Assembly: GCA_951406725.2 (NCBI GenBank)
Contig: OX597815.1
Location: 197,594,001 to 197,658,000, forward strand
Length of the DNA: 64,000 nucleotides
Direction of reading: 5' to 3'
Source: Octopus vulgaris
Lineage: Eukaryota
The position numbers and the translations under genes were made by a program. Below the pieces are notes generated by a model that was given only the letters and a program-made list of their open reading frames with translations, did not search any database and was not told the origin of the DNA. Below, piece by piece: positions 42,041 through 55,236 of this stretch. Position 1 is the first letter of the stretch. Each line of letters opens with the position of its first letter.

Positions 42041-43577
42041 TATAAATCCTAAATATCTGCTAGTTTAATAATTAACAAAGATTACAGTGTTATATATCCA
42101 ATGATAGTCTGTCATTCTACCTCAGAATGTACATTACCTGCTCATTATCGAATATTTCTTTCATTTATCTCTCCCCTACATCTTGAGTATTACAGAAAAT
42201 TAAATGTAATAAGGCGTGGTAAGATTTACACTATATAGATCTATGTCAACACTGCTTCGAATTTATCACTAGCTGCAATATTTCCACCAGTATCAATTAT
42301 CATATTTCCATGATGAGTGTAGGGGCATTTTCAATACTACATATTTGAATAGGTTCCAACTGCATATGTTCTTATCTAAGACATTATAAACGTGACAATA
42401 CTGAGAGCAAGATTTAGAGTGCAGAAACAAAATGATCTGTTTGTCTTAATCTGAGTAAAAATTGTTTCCAAAATCAAAATGATTAATTAACAGGAAATAT
42501 ACTGGGAAAACATTCATGAAGCATTACTCCATCTTGCATACAACATAACATTTCGAACGAATTAAAGTGTCTCTTCCCTGACATATATTTCAGTCATGTA
42601 CTGCTAGAAGGATGCAACGATGCAAGTAACAACATGATAGCTTCAGAGTATCTTAGAAATATTTTCTCAAATGTCCATTTAAATAATTAATGTAAAAATT
42701 AATGTTGTTTAAGAAAAATGTATAAAAACCATACTATAATTTTTCGATACTTTTTTTTTTTATTTTTAATTATATTTAAGATAATTATTTTGAAATTAAT
42801 TTTTTATTCTTTTCTATGCTAGTCTCATTTTTATTGCTATGATAATTTCCTTGCTGTAGATGAGTGCGTTTACATTTCCTCCATTTTATTCCTTTCATTA
42901 TTTTTTAATTTGCGTATATTGTTAGTGTTGGAAATGTTAGTTTCCAAATTTTAAATAGTGTTATTTAAATAAAAAAATGTTAATAACTTTCCTTTTGCTG
43001 GCACATGATCTAATCAATTTTGCTGGTGCAGTGAGTAAATTAAATCCTGAAAAATTAATAAAGCTCCTATATTTACATGAAATATTGCGTTCCGAATTTG
43101 GTTTAGCAATTTCTATAATGTTTTCATTTTTCTGGTTGCTGGTTTCAGTTTCAAACATAATTATGGAAACTATGCAAAGAATCTGGTTAGCTTAAGTTTT
43201 ATGGTAACAAATAAGTAAAATTATTTTTCCGCATCTCTCATTGAAATACCTTAAATTCGAAAATGAACACAGACAAACAGATACACTGACACACAAACAC
43301 ACAGACACACAGACATTGACACGCACAAACAAACCCACCCACATGCATACTAACATATGCAGAGGCGCAAACCTACATACGGCATTGCATATATACGTAC
43401 AAAAAAGCGAAAAGACCAACTTCGGCCGTGATGATCATAGGATTGCACCTAGAGAAGTTAGGGTTATATTATAAAAATACTCACTATTCATGTATACGTA
43501 CATACTACATACATATATATACATATACATATATACATATATATATGCATATATATATATACATGCATAGATATATG

Positions 43578-43623
<46 letters not shown>

Positions 43624-43636
43624 CACACAGACACAC

Positions 43637-43683
<47 letters not shown>

Positions 43684-43684
<1 letters not shown>

Positions 43685-44965
43685 GAGGGCCGTTCAATAA
43701 GTAATGCCCCTGACCCACTTCCCATAGCAGTAGAGCAACGAAACTTGGCACAGTTATTAGTCGTTTTCTACATAGGAACCACCCAGAGTTACGCATTTCT
43801 CCCATCGTTTGATGCAGCTCTGGAGACCGTTTTTGTAGAAGACTTCAGCTTGGTCCTCCTACCACGACGTGACTTTAGAAATCAAGGCTGCATCATCTGG
43901 GAAACGCTTTCCTTTCAAAAACAAGTTCATGGCTGGGAAAGGGTGAAAATCAGAGCGTTCAAGGTCAGAAGGGGGATGGGGAAGGAGTTCATAGTCGCAC
44001 GCCTGTGCTTCTGATCTGGCGACACGTGAGTTGTGGACCGGAGCGTTGTCCTGCAGGAGGAAGATTCCTTTGCTGATCTTGCCTCGCCTCTTGATTTTGA
44101 TAGCTTCTCTTAATTTCCTCAAAAGTGAAGCATAATAGGCTCCTGTAATTGTGGTACCCTTTGCCAGGAAATCTGTCATCACTATCCTATCCTGGTCCCA
44201 GAAGACTGTGAGCATGACCTTGCCAGTGGAGGGATGCACCTTTGCCTACTTTGGAGGAGGTGAGTCACGGTGCCTCCACTGCATTGACTGGGCTTTGGTC
44301 TCTGGATCATAGTGATGGACTAAGTTTTCATCCTGTGTAATCAGTCTTTGAAAAGTTTTGACTCATCTTGGCACATCTCCAAATTCATCCTCAAGCACTC
44401 GACGCGTTCTTGCTTCTGGAAAGGTGTGAGCAACCTGGGAATCCATCTGGCAGACACCTTTTGCATATGCAAATGGTCATGAATGATAGTTTCCACAGAC
44501 CCGGTACTAATCTTGACCGCATGGGCTATTTGGCGAATAGTTATGCGTCGACTTTCCAAAATGGCAGCCTCAACCTGACGGACAGATGCCTCATCAATGG
44601 CAGAAGTGGGGCGATCAGCTCTGGGAGCTGTTTCCACAGAGTTCCGACCATGTGTGAATTCACGATGCCAGCGTTTTGCAAGGTCATATGATGAGGCATC
44701 ATCACCATAAGTAACTTTCATTTCATCAAAAGTCTTCCGTGGTGTGCGTCCTTTCAAATACAAAAATCTAATCACTGCTCGACACTCAACTGGCTCCATT
44801 TCACACTTGACTCAGTTCAAACACCTGTAAATCAGAGAGCACAATTAGTTCAGAGCTGTAGTTTGCCACTTAATCTGTAGAGATATAAATAATTGCACAT
44901 GCAAAATTTCAGCTAGATCAAACAACTGCAAGTGAGTAAGGGGCATTACTTATTGAAAGTCCCTC

Positions 44966-44966
<1 letters not shown>
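43684..44966 (-). mobile_element. Full-length mariner transposon (~1.28 kb)
   Basis: TIRs CGAGGGCCGTTCAATAAGTAATGCCCCT / AGGGGCATTACTTATTGAAAGTCCCTCG. Inserted in (TA)n. Confidence 0.95.
43757..44799 (-). pseudogene. Mariner DD34D transposase, disrupted
   Basis: HTH N-terminus MEPVECRAVIRFLYLKG, ARWIPRLLT, ITQDE, KVMLTVFWD, LQDNAPVH, HPPSDL..SDF, KRWEKCV. Frameshifts and an in-frame stop. Confidence 0.93.
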
Positions 44967-45003
<37 letters not shown>

Positions 45004-45432
45004 GCACGTATATCAAGATATACTAATCAAGAAGGGTAGCGATTAATCTTTAAAATTTATTTATAAAATAGCATTTTCTTCATATTCCACTCCAACATGT
45101 ATTTCTGCTGCACATGTGTTCTAAGGTGCTAAGACACTTACTCAGCGGAAGCATGCGTTGAAATGTACCTTTTTCAATAGGTAAATTTTAAACATGTATA
45201 ACTGTCCAGTCTTTATTTTGTCTTGTTAATGTACTCTGTATTGTACATAAAATCCCTTGAAGCCAACTAAGGATTTACTTTTCATAGTGAGTACTGTGAG
45301 TACTGTATAATCATTTATTCTAAAGAATTCTAAAGGTTTCCTATCATCTACTGTGGTGGTTAGTCTAGTCTATATTTCCTGAGGGTGCTTGTGGCGTATC
45401 TGTTCAAATTTAAAATCATTATTCTTTTGCGT

Positions 45433-45511
<79 letters not shown>

Positions 45512-45524
45512 GCACATATATCAT

Positions 45525-45684
45525 AGGCACAGGTGTGGCTGTATGGTAAGTGGCTTGATTACCAACGACATGGTTACGGGTTCAGTCCCACTGCGTGTCA
45601 TATTGGGGAAATGTCTTCTATAATTTCAGGCCGACCAAAGCCTTGTGAATAGACTTGGTAGACGGAAACTCAAAGAAGCCCGTC

Positions 45685-45761
<77 letters not shown>

Positions 45762-45971
45762 CTGTGTATGTGTGCGTGTGTGTGTGTGTTTGTGTCTGTG
45801 TCTGTGTTTGTCCCTCCAGCATTGCTTGACAACCGAAGCTACTGTGTTTACGTTCCCGTAACTGGGCAAAAGAAACCGAGAGAATAAGTACTAGTCTTAC
45901 AAAGAAGAAATCGTGTAGTCGATTTGCTCGACTGAACGCAATTCTCCAGTATGGCCACAGACTGAAACAAA

Positions 45972-45975
<4 letters not shown>
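45525..45975 (+). mobile_element. SINE family A, diverged
   Basis: Collinear with the 41589 copy. Confidence 0.85.
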
Positions 45976-46039
<64 letters not shown>

Positions 46040-46041
<2 letters not shown>

Positions 46042-46338
46042 CTCATTTATGTCTTACGTATTTATCGCTGAGGAGGGGAAAATTCTTATGAATTAACCCC
46101 GAAATTGGCACCAATACGGTAATAACGGATTTTTTAGAAATTTGTATCGGCTTGTTTCTAGACGCATGAATTATAATGGTTATTGACAATTTTGTCTTTT
46201 TTTTCGGCATATTTGACATTAGAATTTTTCTTTTACCCTTATTTTGTAAGTTATTTATAAATTTAACCTCTAAAGGTATTTTTTGTTATGCTGGCCATTG
46301 ATAATTTTTTTTTATAAAACAATTTTATCCTACATTAG

Positions 46339-46340
<2 letters not shown>
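46040..46340 (+). mobile_element. (TA)n-flanked PLE-terminus element
   Basis: Contains an HHR. The 3' part is homologous to 27150-27410. Confidence 0.75.
46063..46121 (+). ncRNA. Type I hammerhead ribozyme, canonical core
   Basis: TATCG-CTGAGGA-GGGG..CCCC-GAA-ATTGG CA CCAAT-A-CGGTA. All three stems pair. AUA cleavage triplet. Confidence 0.85.
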
Positions 46341-46371
<31 letters not shown>

Positions 46372-46578
46372 ATAATTAATTTATATAAGGTATGAAATAG
46401 AAAGTGAAGGGGAGGAATGAAAATAGATGTGAGATATGCAGGGATATATCATTTATATCCATTATTTAGGCAGAATTGTATACATATAAGATTCCAATAA
46501 CTTGTGAGTAAATTACAATAGTATTAATAATTGGTCATTCCAAGTATAGGTTTTCTACACAGTGCTATTGAATGGAGG

Positions 46579-46949
46579 GTTTATTTAAATTGACCTAGGT
46601 CACTTTAAATAAACTAACAGCTGTAAGAGCTCCTATTTATAAATGTTCTAAAATCTTCACAGCCTTGGTATTTTATCTCATTCTGAATTTCTTATTTTTA
46701 TGTACGCATTCTGATATATGACCAACGTTGGATTCCGTATTCGCATAATCACCGAATCTGTATCTTAACTGCAACTACGGAGGTTTGTGTCTCATAGCCG
46801 GCCGCCAACACTTTCGTCTACAAAATAGTGGTATTAGCATTATCCTGCGTTTGAGAATTTAAAATCACTTCTTTAACTTTCTAAGACATCTCAATGCTTC
46901 TAAAGCAAACTTCGTTTGTTTGTTTACGTTCATCGTAATTTGAATTTAA

Positions 46950-46952
<3 letters not shown>
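46579..46952 (+). mobile_element. PLE-terminus fragment, same family as 6235-6460
   Basis: Shared AACAGCTGTAA..CCTATTTATAAAT.TTCTAAA. Begins with the hairpin GTTTATTTAAATTGACCTAGGTCACTTTAAATAAAC. Confidence 0.6.
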
Positions 46953-46992
<40 letters not shown>

Positions 46993-46998
<6 letters not shown>

Positions 46999-47197
46999 GT
47001 AGTTGAATGAATTATCTTATTATGGATAATTCGGTTAACCGATACCTGGGTAGCAAATTCACGTCAGAACTTTCCTAATGAGAAGGCGGCATAATGCACC
47101 CCTTATTCCTTCGAAATTAGGAATATGCAGCCTTCGAAACATATGTCGGGAATAAAGTAATTTTGTTAATTCGTCGTTCAACTCCATTCTTTCATTT
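46993..47197 (+). mobile_element. Short copy of the 3622-6008 PLE family with a G5A-mutated HHR (47071-47151)
   Basis: TTTC-CTAATGA-GAAGGC..GCCTTC-GAAAC ATAT GTC-GGGA. The 3' flank matches the reverse complement of 3625-3680. Confidence 0.8.
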
Positions 47198-48539
47198 ATA
47201 TATATATATATACACGAGTGAGCGGACAAAAGAAAGGAGGGCATTCAACACATCTATTGTGAGTTTCATTCGAATTACGTCACATTTAATGATTCAAAGC
47301 TCGATGGAGCTTATCGTCGAACATTGGAAGTTGGAATGAGAATACTCGTGGAGGATGTCCGAGATGGTTAACAGCTGACGGGCTGCAATGGGTCGAGGAA
47401 CGCCACGTGATGTCACAGTGATATGTACACGTTTTGAAACATAAAGTAGCACAGAATTTGAAGCAGACTGTTTTGATCCGTATGTGTGTGGGGGTATTCG
47501 TCTGAGTGTGTGTCTTTAGCATAAAGAACAGGAAATAAATTATATTTCTTTTGGTGGAACTCGAAGTAGAAAAGCTGTAAATAATATCGAGGAGATTATC
47601 TCTGAAAAGTTCTAAATTATTATGACGTAAATTATAAATAAAATTTTCGCTTCTAAGAACAAATCTTTAGAATGGATGAAGAAAATTTGAATTGTAAAAA
47701 TGTTGTAAAACGACGATCAATGTTTATTGAAAATGTGGTTATAATTGAGTTAAATAACAGCACTGCGCGCAAGTGGCTTCTGATAAAATCATGGAAGACA
47801 TGAAGTATAATGAAAATCAAAGTAGCATCTGAAGACAATTGTCCTCCTTGGAGAATATAAACGGATATTTTAGTGATTCAGTCATAAAATATTCTTGATA
47901 TAATATTAATTTTATAATGCTGATAAGTGATAATGAATAAAAAATAATAATGGAAATATAGCTTTTTAGAACGCGAAGTGAAAGTCACCATAGCTGATAT
48001 ATGATATTGCAGGATTCGAAATAAAATGTTAAAATCATTTAATAAATATATTTATGTGGAATATTTTATGTTAGATAAAAATTAAACGACAACTGAAACT
48101 TGCATAAAATTAGGAACTTACATAAAATTAGGAACTTTGCTTGGAGTTCACATATCTTTACTTTAAACACTATGTAAAATTAGGAAGGGGAATTAGAAAG
48201 TTACTTTCAACATGTCACATTACAATTGAATTATCATAACAAACTACACAAGGAATAATCGATGCATTCAACCAAATCTACAATTATTGAATTATACTGC
48301 GCATCATACATTGTAAATCAACTTACACTCTGACAACACTATCTACGATAAAGATCCTTTCCAAGTAATTCGATTACGCAATATATGCACTCAGATAAAA
48401 CAAATTTCACTCGTCTAAAAATTATTTGAGTTAACCCCACCCTATGTAAGATAGATAATTTGCGAAATGCAGAAAAATAAGTTTTTTTGAAAGTCTATCA
48501 CCTTAGAACAGATATAAATACAATGGAATAGCAATATGG

Positions 48540-48681
48540 TAACTACTACTACTATTACTACTACTACTACTACTACTACTACTTGTATTGTTGTGGATAG
48601 GTTCTGGCTGGTTGTCGTAGATTTTCTGTCTGTTTGCAAAACTTTTCAAGAATACAGATCGTTCTCATAGTAGTAGTAGTG

Positions 48682-48712
<31 letters not shown>

Positions 48713-48840
48713 TAGAAGTTGTAGTAGCAGCAGCAGTTGTATTTTTGTGGATAGGTTCTGGCTGGTTGTCGTCGTAAATTTTCTGTCTGCTTGCAAAACT
48801 TTTCAAGAATACAGATCGTGCTAATAGTAATAGTAGTAGT

Positions 48841-48871
<31 letters not shown>

Positions 48872-48900
48872 AATTCAATAATATTAGCACGATCTGTATT
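48540..48900. repeat. (TAG/CAG)n-embedded ~90-bp tandem duplication plus short inversion
   Basis: GTGGATAGGTTCTGGCTGGTTGTCGT...AATACAGATCGT at ~48592 and ~48747. 48882-48900 inverts 48808-48826. Confidence 0.8.
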
Positions 48901-50009
48901 ACTGAAACAATGCTAGCAACTGATAATAATGAATCATGAAAATACAGTCAATGTCAGACGTAGATATACAGTCAACAATTAATTTTATAGATACATGTCT
49001 TTACAGATCCATCAAAATTGCAATTGCACACTTGAAATAACAAATTCATAAATAAATCCTTGTCCAAATCTAACCGCTCTATGCACACTCGATATAATTC
49101 TCAGTGACAGTTAAGGAAACATAGGAAAGTAACGTAAATTAAGAAAACGCACAAAACTGGTAAACCCGTGCTTTTTATATTTAGAATTATAATAAACGGT
49201 GGTACATAGTGTAGAGTAAAAAATATGACCGCAATAGGATATCAAGCCCACATTCTATCCCAATATCTACCACATATACGACATGCACACTATTCAGCTA
49301 TTTCTCAATCAACACCCACACACAATATACAGATTATCAGAGATAGGAAATAAAAGTACTTAACTTAAACGTTTTCTTCCCAGTATTATAAAAAGCAGCA
49401 AGAAAAAAATTAAATAATCTAATACACTTAAGAAACCAGCAACATTGCAGTGTTCCTACATTCCGTAATAGGTGCCTCTAATCGATCTACGCACATACTT
49501 AATAACAAATATTAAGTGTTATATTTATGTAATATGCACATGGAGTATTTAGCAAAAAGAAACAGTAGCAAAACAACAGGGAAACATACTTATAAATGCT
49601 GTTATCGCCTACGAATGATGAATGATAAAACAGGAATGGATAACAAGTAGCATAGAGATAAGATGTAGCAGGGATTATGCTTGTTCTAACTACGCCCCAG
49701 TTTCTCTAAAAGAAAACACAACAAAATAATATTGTACGAAAATGCAGGTTAAGTACACAGAAAACTTGTAAATAAAAAAAAAAGCACATTCCATTTAATC
49801 ATTGAAGTTATGATAATGATAACAGGAAATTAGCGAGATTGTTATTTCGAAAATATTCAGCAACTATTGCAAATGATTTTGCATAAACACACATCTCAAA
49901 TCTTTATGTATGTATGTATGTATGTATGTATGTATGTATGTATGTATGTATGTATGTATGTATGTATGTATGTATGTATGTATGTATATATATATATATA
50001 TGTATACAT

Positions 50010-50041
<32 letters not shown>

Positions 50042-50057
50042 GCATACACACACACAC

Positions 50058-50089
<32 letters not shown>

Positions 50090-50097
50090 GTATACAT

Positions 50098-50152
<55 letters not shown>

Positions 50153-50375
50153 GAACAAAGTTATTTTATTCCACGCGGGAATAAAATAACTGTTTTTAAG
50201 ATGGAACTAAGCTGCAACTATAGCAGGCAGTTGTAGAATATCTCCATCTCTATTTCTCTCGAATTTTAAAAATCCGAGAAATTTGTGAAACCGGTTTAAT
50301 CTTTAAAACTTTTTAATTAAAAATCTAAACGAATTATAGAGCATATTCAACTTCTTTTGTGTGTGTGTAACTGCG

Positions 50376-50406
<31 letters not shown>

Positions 50407-50412
50407 CAACTT

Positions 50413-50473
<61 letters not shown>

Positions 50474-51749
50474 TATATATAAATATAAATATATATATAA
50501 ACATATATGCATATATATATGTATAAACATATATATACACATAAATATACATATGTACATACACACACACACATACACATATATGCATATATATTCCTAT
50601 ATACACACATACACACATACAGGACAGGAAAAAACGTAGACAAAATGAGAAACGAGAACATAAAGAAAAAACATAGAAAATGAACTTTTTTCGAATTACG
50701 AAAAAAGCAAACAAGCAGAGAAACGAGACATGCAACATAATGAGCATTCCCTTAAGCAGTTGTCCTCTGTTTTATCTACTCCACGTTACGAAGGCAAAGA
50801 CAAGACGCGATTTCGTTTGGGATTTTTTGCGACGGGGTGAAAGTGGTAAGAAAAGCAGGACAGGGCATGCATGTGTTCAGAGAAACATATATACACACAT
50901 ACACAGACACACAAACACATATATATATATATGTATATAAATTTGCAAGCTGCATCTTTAATGGTTTGAAACAACTCTAGATATATAAATGAATAGTACT
51001 TTTACGCAAAGCTACCACCACCTTCTTCTTCCACACATGCAAGATAACCTCAATTACAAACTCCAGAATTATCATATCATTATCATCATCATCATCATCA
51101 TCATCGCATCATCATCATCACCACCACCACTGTCATTATAATTACCCTCTTCATCTCTTTACTTACAGCTATTTTAGAGACATAATTGTTACAATTATCA
51201 ACATTACCAAGAAATAAAATATAGTAATTATCTGCTAATAAGCCTAATACATTATTTATGATATCAATATTACCAGTGTTTTAATAATATTATTGTTGGA
51301 CTATCATAATCTTATTATTCACTCTTATAATTTTAGTACCTATAGTAAATTTTGTTAACATCATGATAGCCGAAATTCAGTTTATATATATGTATATATT
51401 AACAATAGTAACGTTGTTATCCTCATTATTAAGAAGAAGAATTATTTTAAATATGATCGTAATAACATTATTTGATACTTTTTATATTTAATATAGAATA
51501 TTAACAATGATGACTAATTCAAATGTAGTTAGATTCATACGATTGCTACCAAATATATATGTATGCATATATTTAAAAGGATATCCTTATGCAAATTCAC
51601 TCATGCCTACAGAGGCACACAAGCATACATACTCATATATACAGGAATATGTTTATACAAAAGTATTTGGTTATCCCATTAATAGTGCGGGGTTTTTTTT
51701 TAACTTCTTTTATTTTTCTAAATGAAGATAAACAAAGTTCTTTTTTAAT

Positions 51750-52706
51750 CTAAAATAAACTCTCCCTCAGTTTCCACCATCTATCTGGCAGGCTTGTAAG
51801 GTCCGTCTTCCAAAATACACTTGTCCGGGGCGAAAAATATTGCTCGTTACTGTTCTGACCTCGTCTACAGAATTCATGTTTTTTCCGTCCAAAATTATTT
51901 TGAAGACTGCGGAATACACGATAAACAGATGGGGCAATGTCCGGCGAATATATTTTGTGGGGCATCGTTTACAGCCTTTGGAATGCCATCCTCTGGTTGA
52001 GCATTATCCTGATAGAAGAACACCTTTCGTCTTGAATCCAAATGTTTTCCTTCTAGTGCTGACTTAAGCCGCTGAAACTGCTTGCTGTAGATTTCTTTGT
52101 AATCATTTCCTTTGGGTTTAAAAGTTCAAAGCGTACTAACCATTTCATATCCCACTAAACAGATAAAAACACCTTACGTTGGTGAAGATCTTCTTTAGCC
52201 TGGGGTGCTGGTGTTTCTCTTTTCCTTACCCAATGTCGTCGCCGCTGAACATTTTTATAGAGGTTCCAAAACTGGTCTATTCGTGAGACGTGACAGCGAA
52301 GAAGAGCACACGTTCACTATCTACGTGCGATTACATTCGGAAAGTTTGTGAAGAACCCATTGACCTAATTTGCTGACCTTTCTGATGGCACGCACGTTTC
52401 GATGAATGGTTAAGAGACCAAATGAATGCTTTTCTGCTAGTTCCTCAACAGTTACGATGGGATTTTGTTTTCCACAAGTGTCTGTAGGACGTCCTCGTCA
52501 AGAGCTTCGGATTTTCCAGCGCGAGGTTCGTCTTCTAGGCTGTAGTTTCTGGCTCGAAATTTCTGGAACCACTGTTGATACTGACTTACGCTTATTGTCC
52601 GATCCCCATCTGCAGCATTAATAGAATTTGCAATTTCCTTTGCGTTGTTGCCTTTATTGAACTCATAAAGCAACAATTGCTGAATATGCTCCTTTGCCAC
52701 TTCCAT
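51750..52706 (-). pseudogene. Mariner transposase, heavily disrupted
   Basis: MEVAKEHIQQLLLYEFNKG...WFQKFRARNYSLEDEPRAG, QDNAQP and YSPDIAPSVYRVFRSLQN. Confidence 0.88.
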
Positions 52707-52843
52707 TATAGCTTTGAAAAAATAACTGTTAAAATCGAACTGCACTCTTCCAAACTTTACTAAAGATAAGCAAAACCAAGAAGGGTAATCTGCTTTTATA
52801 GCAATAGTCCATGCAATTGAAAACCCGCATTATTTACGGAATA

Positions 52844-53304
52844 AAGGCGGTGAGCTGGCAGAAACGTTAGCACGCCGAGCGAAATGCGTAGCCATATTTC
52901 GTCTGCCGTTACGTTCTTGTGGAGCCCCAATGGCCCAGTGGTTAGGGCAGCGGACTTGTGGTCGTAGGATCGCGGTTTCGATTCCCAGACCGGGCATTGC
53001 GAGTTTTTATTGAGCGAAAACACCTAAAGCCCCACGAGGCTCCGGCAGGGATGGTGGTGATCCCTGCCGTACTCTTTCACCACAACTTTCTCTCACTCTT
53101 ACTTCCTGTTTCTGTTGTACCTGTATTTTAAAGGGCTGGCCTTGTCACTCTCTGTGTCACGCTGAATATCCCCGAGAACTGCGTTAAGGGTACACGTGTC
53201 TGTGGAGTGCTCAGCCACTTGCACGTTAATTTCACGAGCAGGGTGTTCCGTTGATCGGATCAACCGGAACCCTTGTCGTCGGAACCGACAGAGTGCTTCC
53301 TCTC
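52844..53304 (+). mobile_element. Chimeric SINE (B head + full C) with 13-bp TSD
   Basis: B head 52845-52917, C body ~52921-53300. TSD TATTTACGGAATA at 52831-52843 and 53305-53317. Confidence 0.9.
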
Positions 53305-53726
53305 TATTTACGGAATATCCCAATATGTATATACATGCTCACATGCGAAACACTACAAAATTTTGTCAATTCGTATTTATCATTGCACATCATTATAATA
53401 ACATTAATACTTTGTAATTAATTTTATTTTTACTTTCCGCTTGCAATAGTAAAAAAAAAATAATAAATTGTATAAATGCTCTTGGTGTGAGTGGCTGGCG
53501 TGGAACCATCTCATGTCTCTGCATCTTTATTCCAGAGTAACCAGCAAACCAGGATTTCATTTGTTTTGGGCTCTCTATTGCTCGAAATGGTGAGTAGATA
53601 GACAGCCGACGACTGATGAAGGGTCATTCATTTAATTAATTGTCGTTTCTTTCTCTCGTTATTTGCGTATTTAACTCGTTTGTCTTCGTATTTCATGCAG
53701 TTTAATGTTGGTGACGTCCTGTACCC

Positions 53727-53771
<45 letters not shown>

Positions 53772-54259
53772 ATATTATATATATATATATAATATATATG
53801 TATGTATGTATATAATATATATATATATGTGACAAACAGACGCTATCTGACCAGCAGGCACGGACACATCTATTCACACCCGCATACTAACCTCCTGATA
53901 ACCCCAAAATCATTCATGCATAAAGGGGAAGTATACACCACATTGGCTACTTCTTCTTTTCTCTCAGTTCAGCCTTTCTGCTAATACCAACAGGTCAGTA
54001 AAAATATATTCTCGGCTTGAACTTAAAATATTCTGAGATGTATAAAAAATCCATTTTAATTTTTGCTGTCAAAAGGCTGTATATATATATACCAAAGACT
54101 GTATATATATACATGTAATGTGACAATTTGCGACAACCAATACTTAACGCAACCAATTCCCAATAATATATTTGTTTTATCCTTTTCTGCCAAATTTTCC
54201 CAAATATTCTCATCACACTATTGAACTTCTCTGTTACCAAACACTATATTTATACATGT

Positions 54260-54400
54260 AATGTGACAATTATGTATAAAAAAACATTTTTGAATTCATA
54301 ATATCCAATGTGACAATTATGTAAAAAAACTTTTTTGAATGCATAATATTCAATGTGACAATTATGTAAAAAACTTTTTTGAACCCATATTATTCAATGT
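54260..54400 (+). repeat. ~46-bp minisatellite, three units
   Basis: AATGTGACAATTATGTAAAAAAACTTTTTTGAA..CATA.TA.TC is repeated. Confidence 0.8.
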
Positions 54401-54411
54401 TTCCTTAAATG

Positions 54412-54456
54412 TTACTTTTGACAATCTTTTACCAAAGAGTGAAACCGGTTAAGTAA
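54412..54456 (+). ncRNA. Hammerhead motif, U3-A8 core variant
   Basis: TTACTT-TTGACAA-TCTTT tacc AAAGA gt-GAAAC CG GTT-AAGTAA. Perfect 6-bp stem I. The base of stem II is imperfect. Confidence 0.65.
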
Positions 54457-54531
54457 ATAAACATCGTTTAAATTGCATTTTCAAACCTTTTTTCTTATAT
54501 AATCCCACTCGTGCGATACCCCACAACTCAA

Positions 54532-54653
<122 letters not shown>

Positions 54654-54669
54654 ATATATATATATTTAT

Positions 54670-55122
54670 GTATATTTGTGAAAAAGAAGTTTGAAAACGC
54701 CACTATATTAGATAAATTTTAATTTTCTTATGAATTTTACATTTCGGTTCTTGAAAAAACGAACCTTATCAAAAATATTTTAAAAAGTAATGTGTAATAA
54801 AAAAGTTCATAATTGTTTCTTACTGGTCTCCGATACCAGCAAGAAACAATAATGAACTTCTTTACTACACTCAACTTGAAATTTATAGCTATTATACCTA
54901 CTACCGACAAAACACCACCACATGGATTCTATTGAGACCAGCAGGAAACAATTATGAACTTTTCTATTACACTTTCCTTTTTAAAATATTTTTGATAAGG
55001 TTCGTTTTTCCAATAACCGAAACTCGTAAAATTCATAAGAAAATTAAAATTTATCTAATATAGTGGCGTTTTCAAACTACTTTTTTACAAATATATACCC
55101 ACTCGTATATGATCTACTCTTA

Positions 55123-55128
<6 letters not shown>
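54670..55128 (+). mobile_element. (TA)n-flanked foldback element (arms ~54670-54830 / 54934-55096)
   Basis: Long diverged inverted arms, with an extra partial arm at 54833-54870. Confidence 0.8.
54987..55033 (+). ncRNA. Hammerhead motif, U3-A8 core variant
   Basis: ATTT-TTGATAA-GGTT..AACC-GAAAC TC GTA-AAAT. Confidence 0.65.
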
Positions 55129-55175
<47 letters not shown>

Positions 55176-55236
55176 TATGTCTATGTGTATTTGTGTATGC
55201 AAATACACAGATGTATGAGTTGTTCTGACACATTAT

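Larger units (their letters stand above)
51666..53323 (-). mobile_element. Degenerate mariner transposon whose right TIR is interrupted by a SINE
   Basis: TIR TTTGGTTATCCCATTAATAGTGCGGGG mirrors CCCGCATTATTTACGGAATA+TCCCAA once the SINE is removed. TA flanks. Confidence 0.88.

Noticed and set aside
42977-43195. 72-aa ORF as a host gene
   Set aside because: No recognisable domain or splice context, and an ORF of similar length lies on the opposite strand.
50158-50358. Hairpin plus GAAACCGGTT between microsatellites
   Set aside because: Likely another PLE terminus, but no core or stem I is identifiable.
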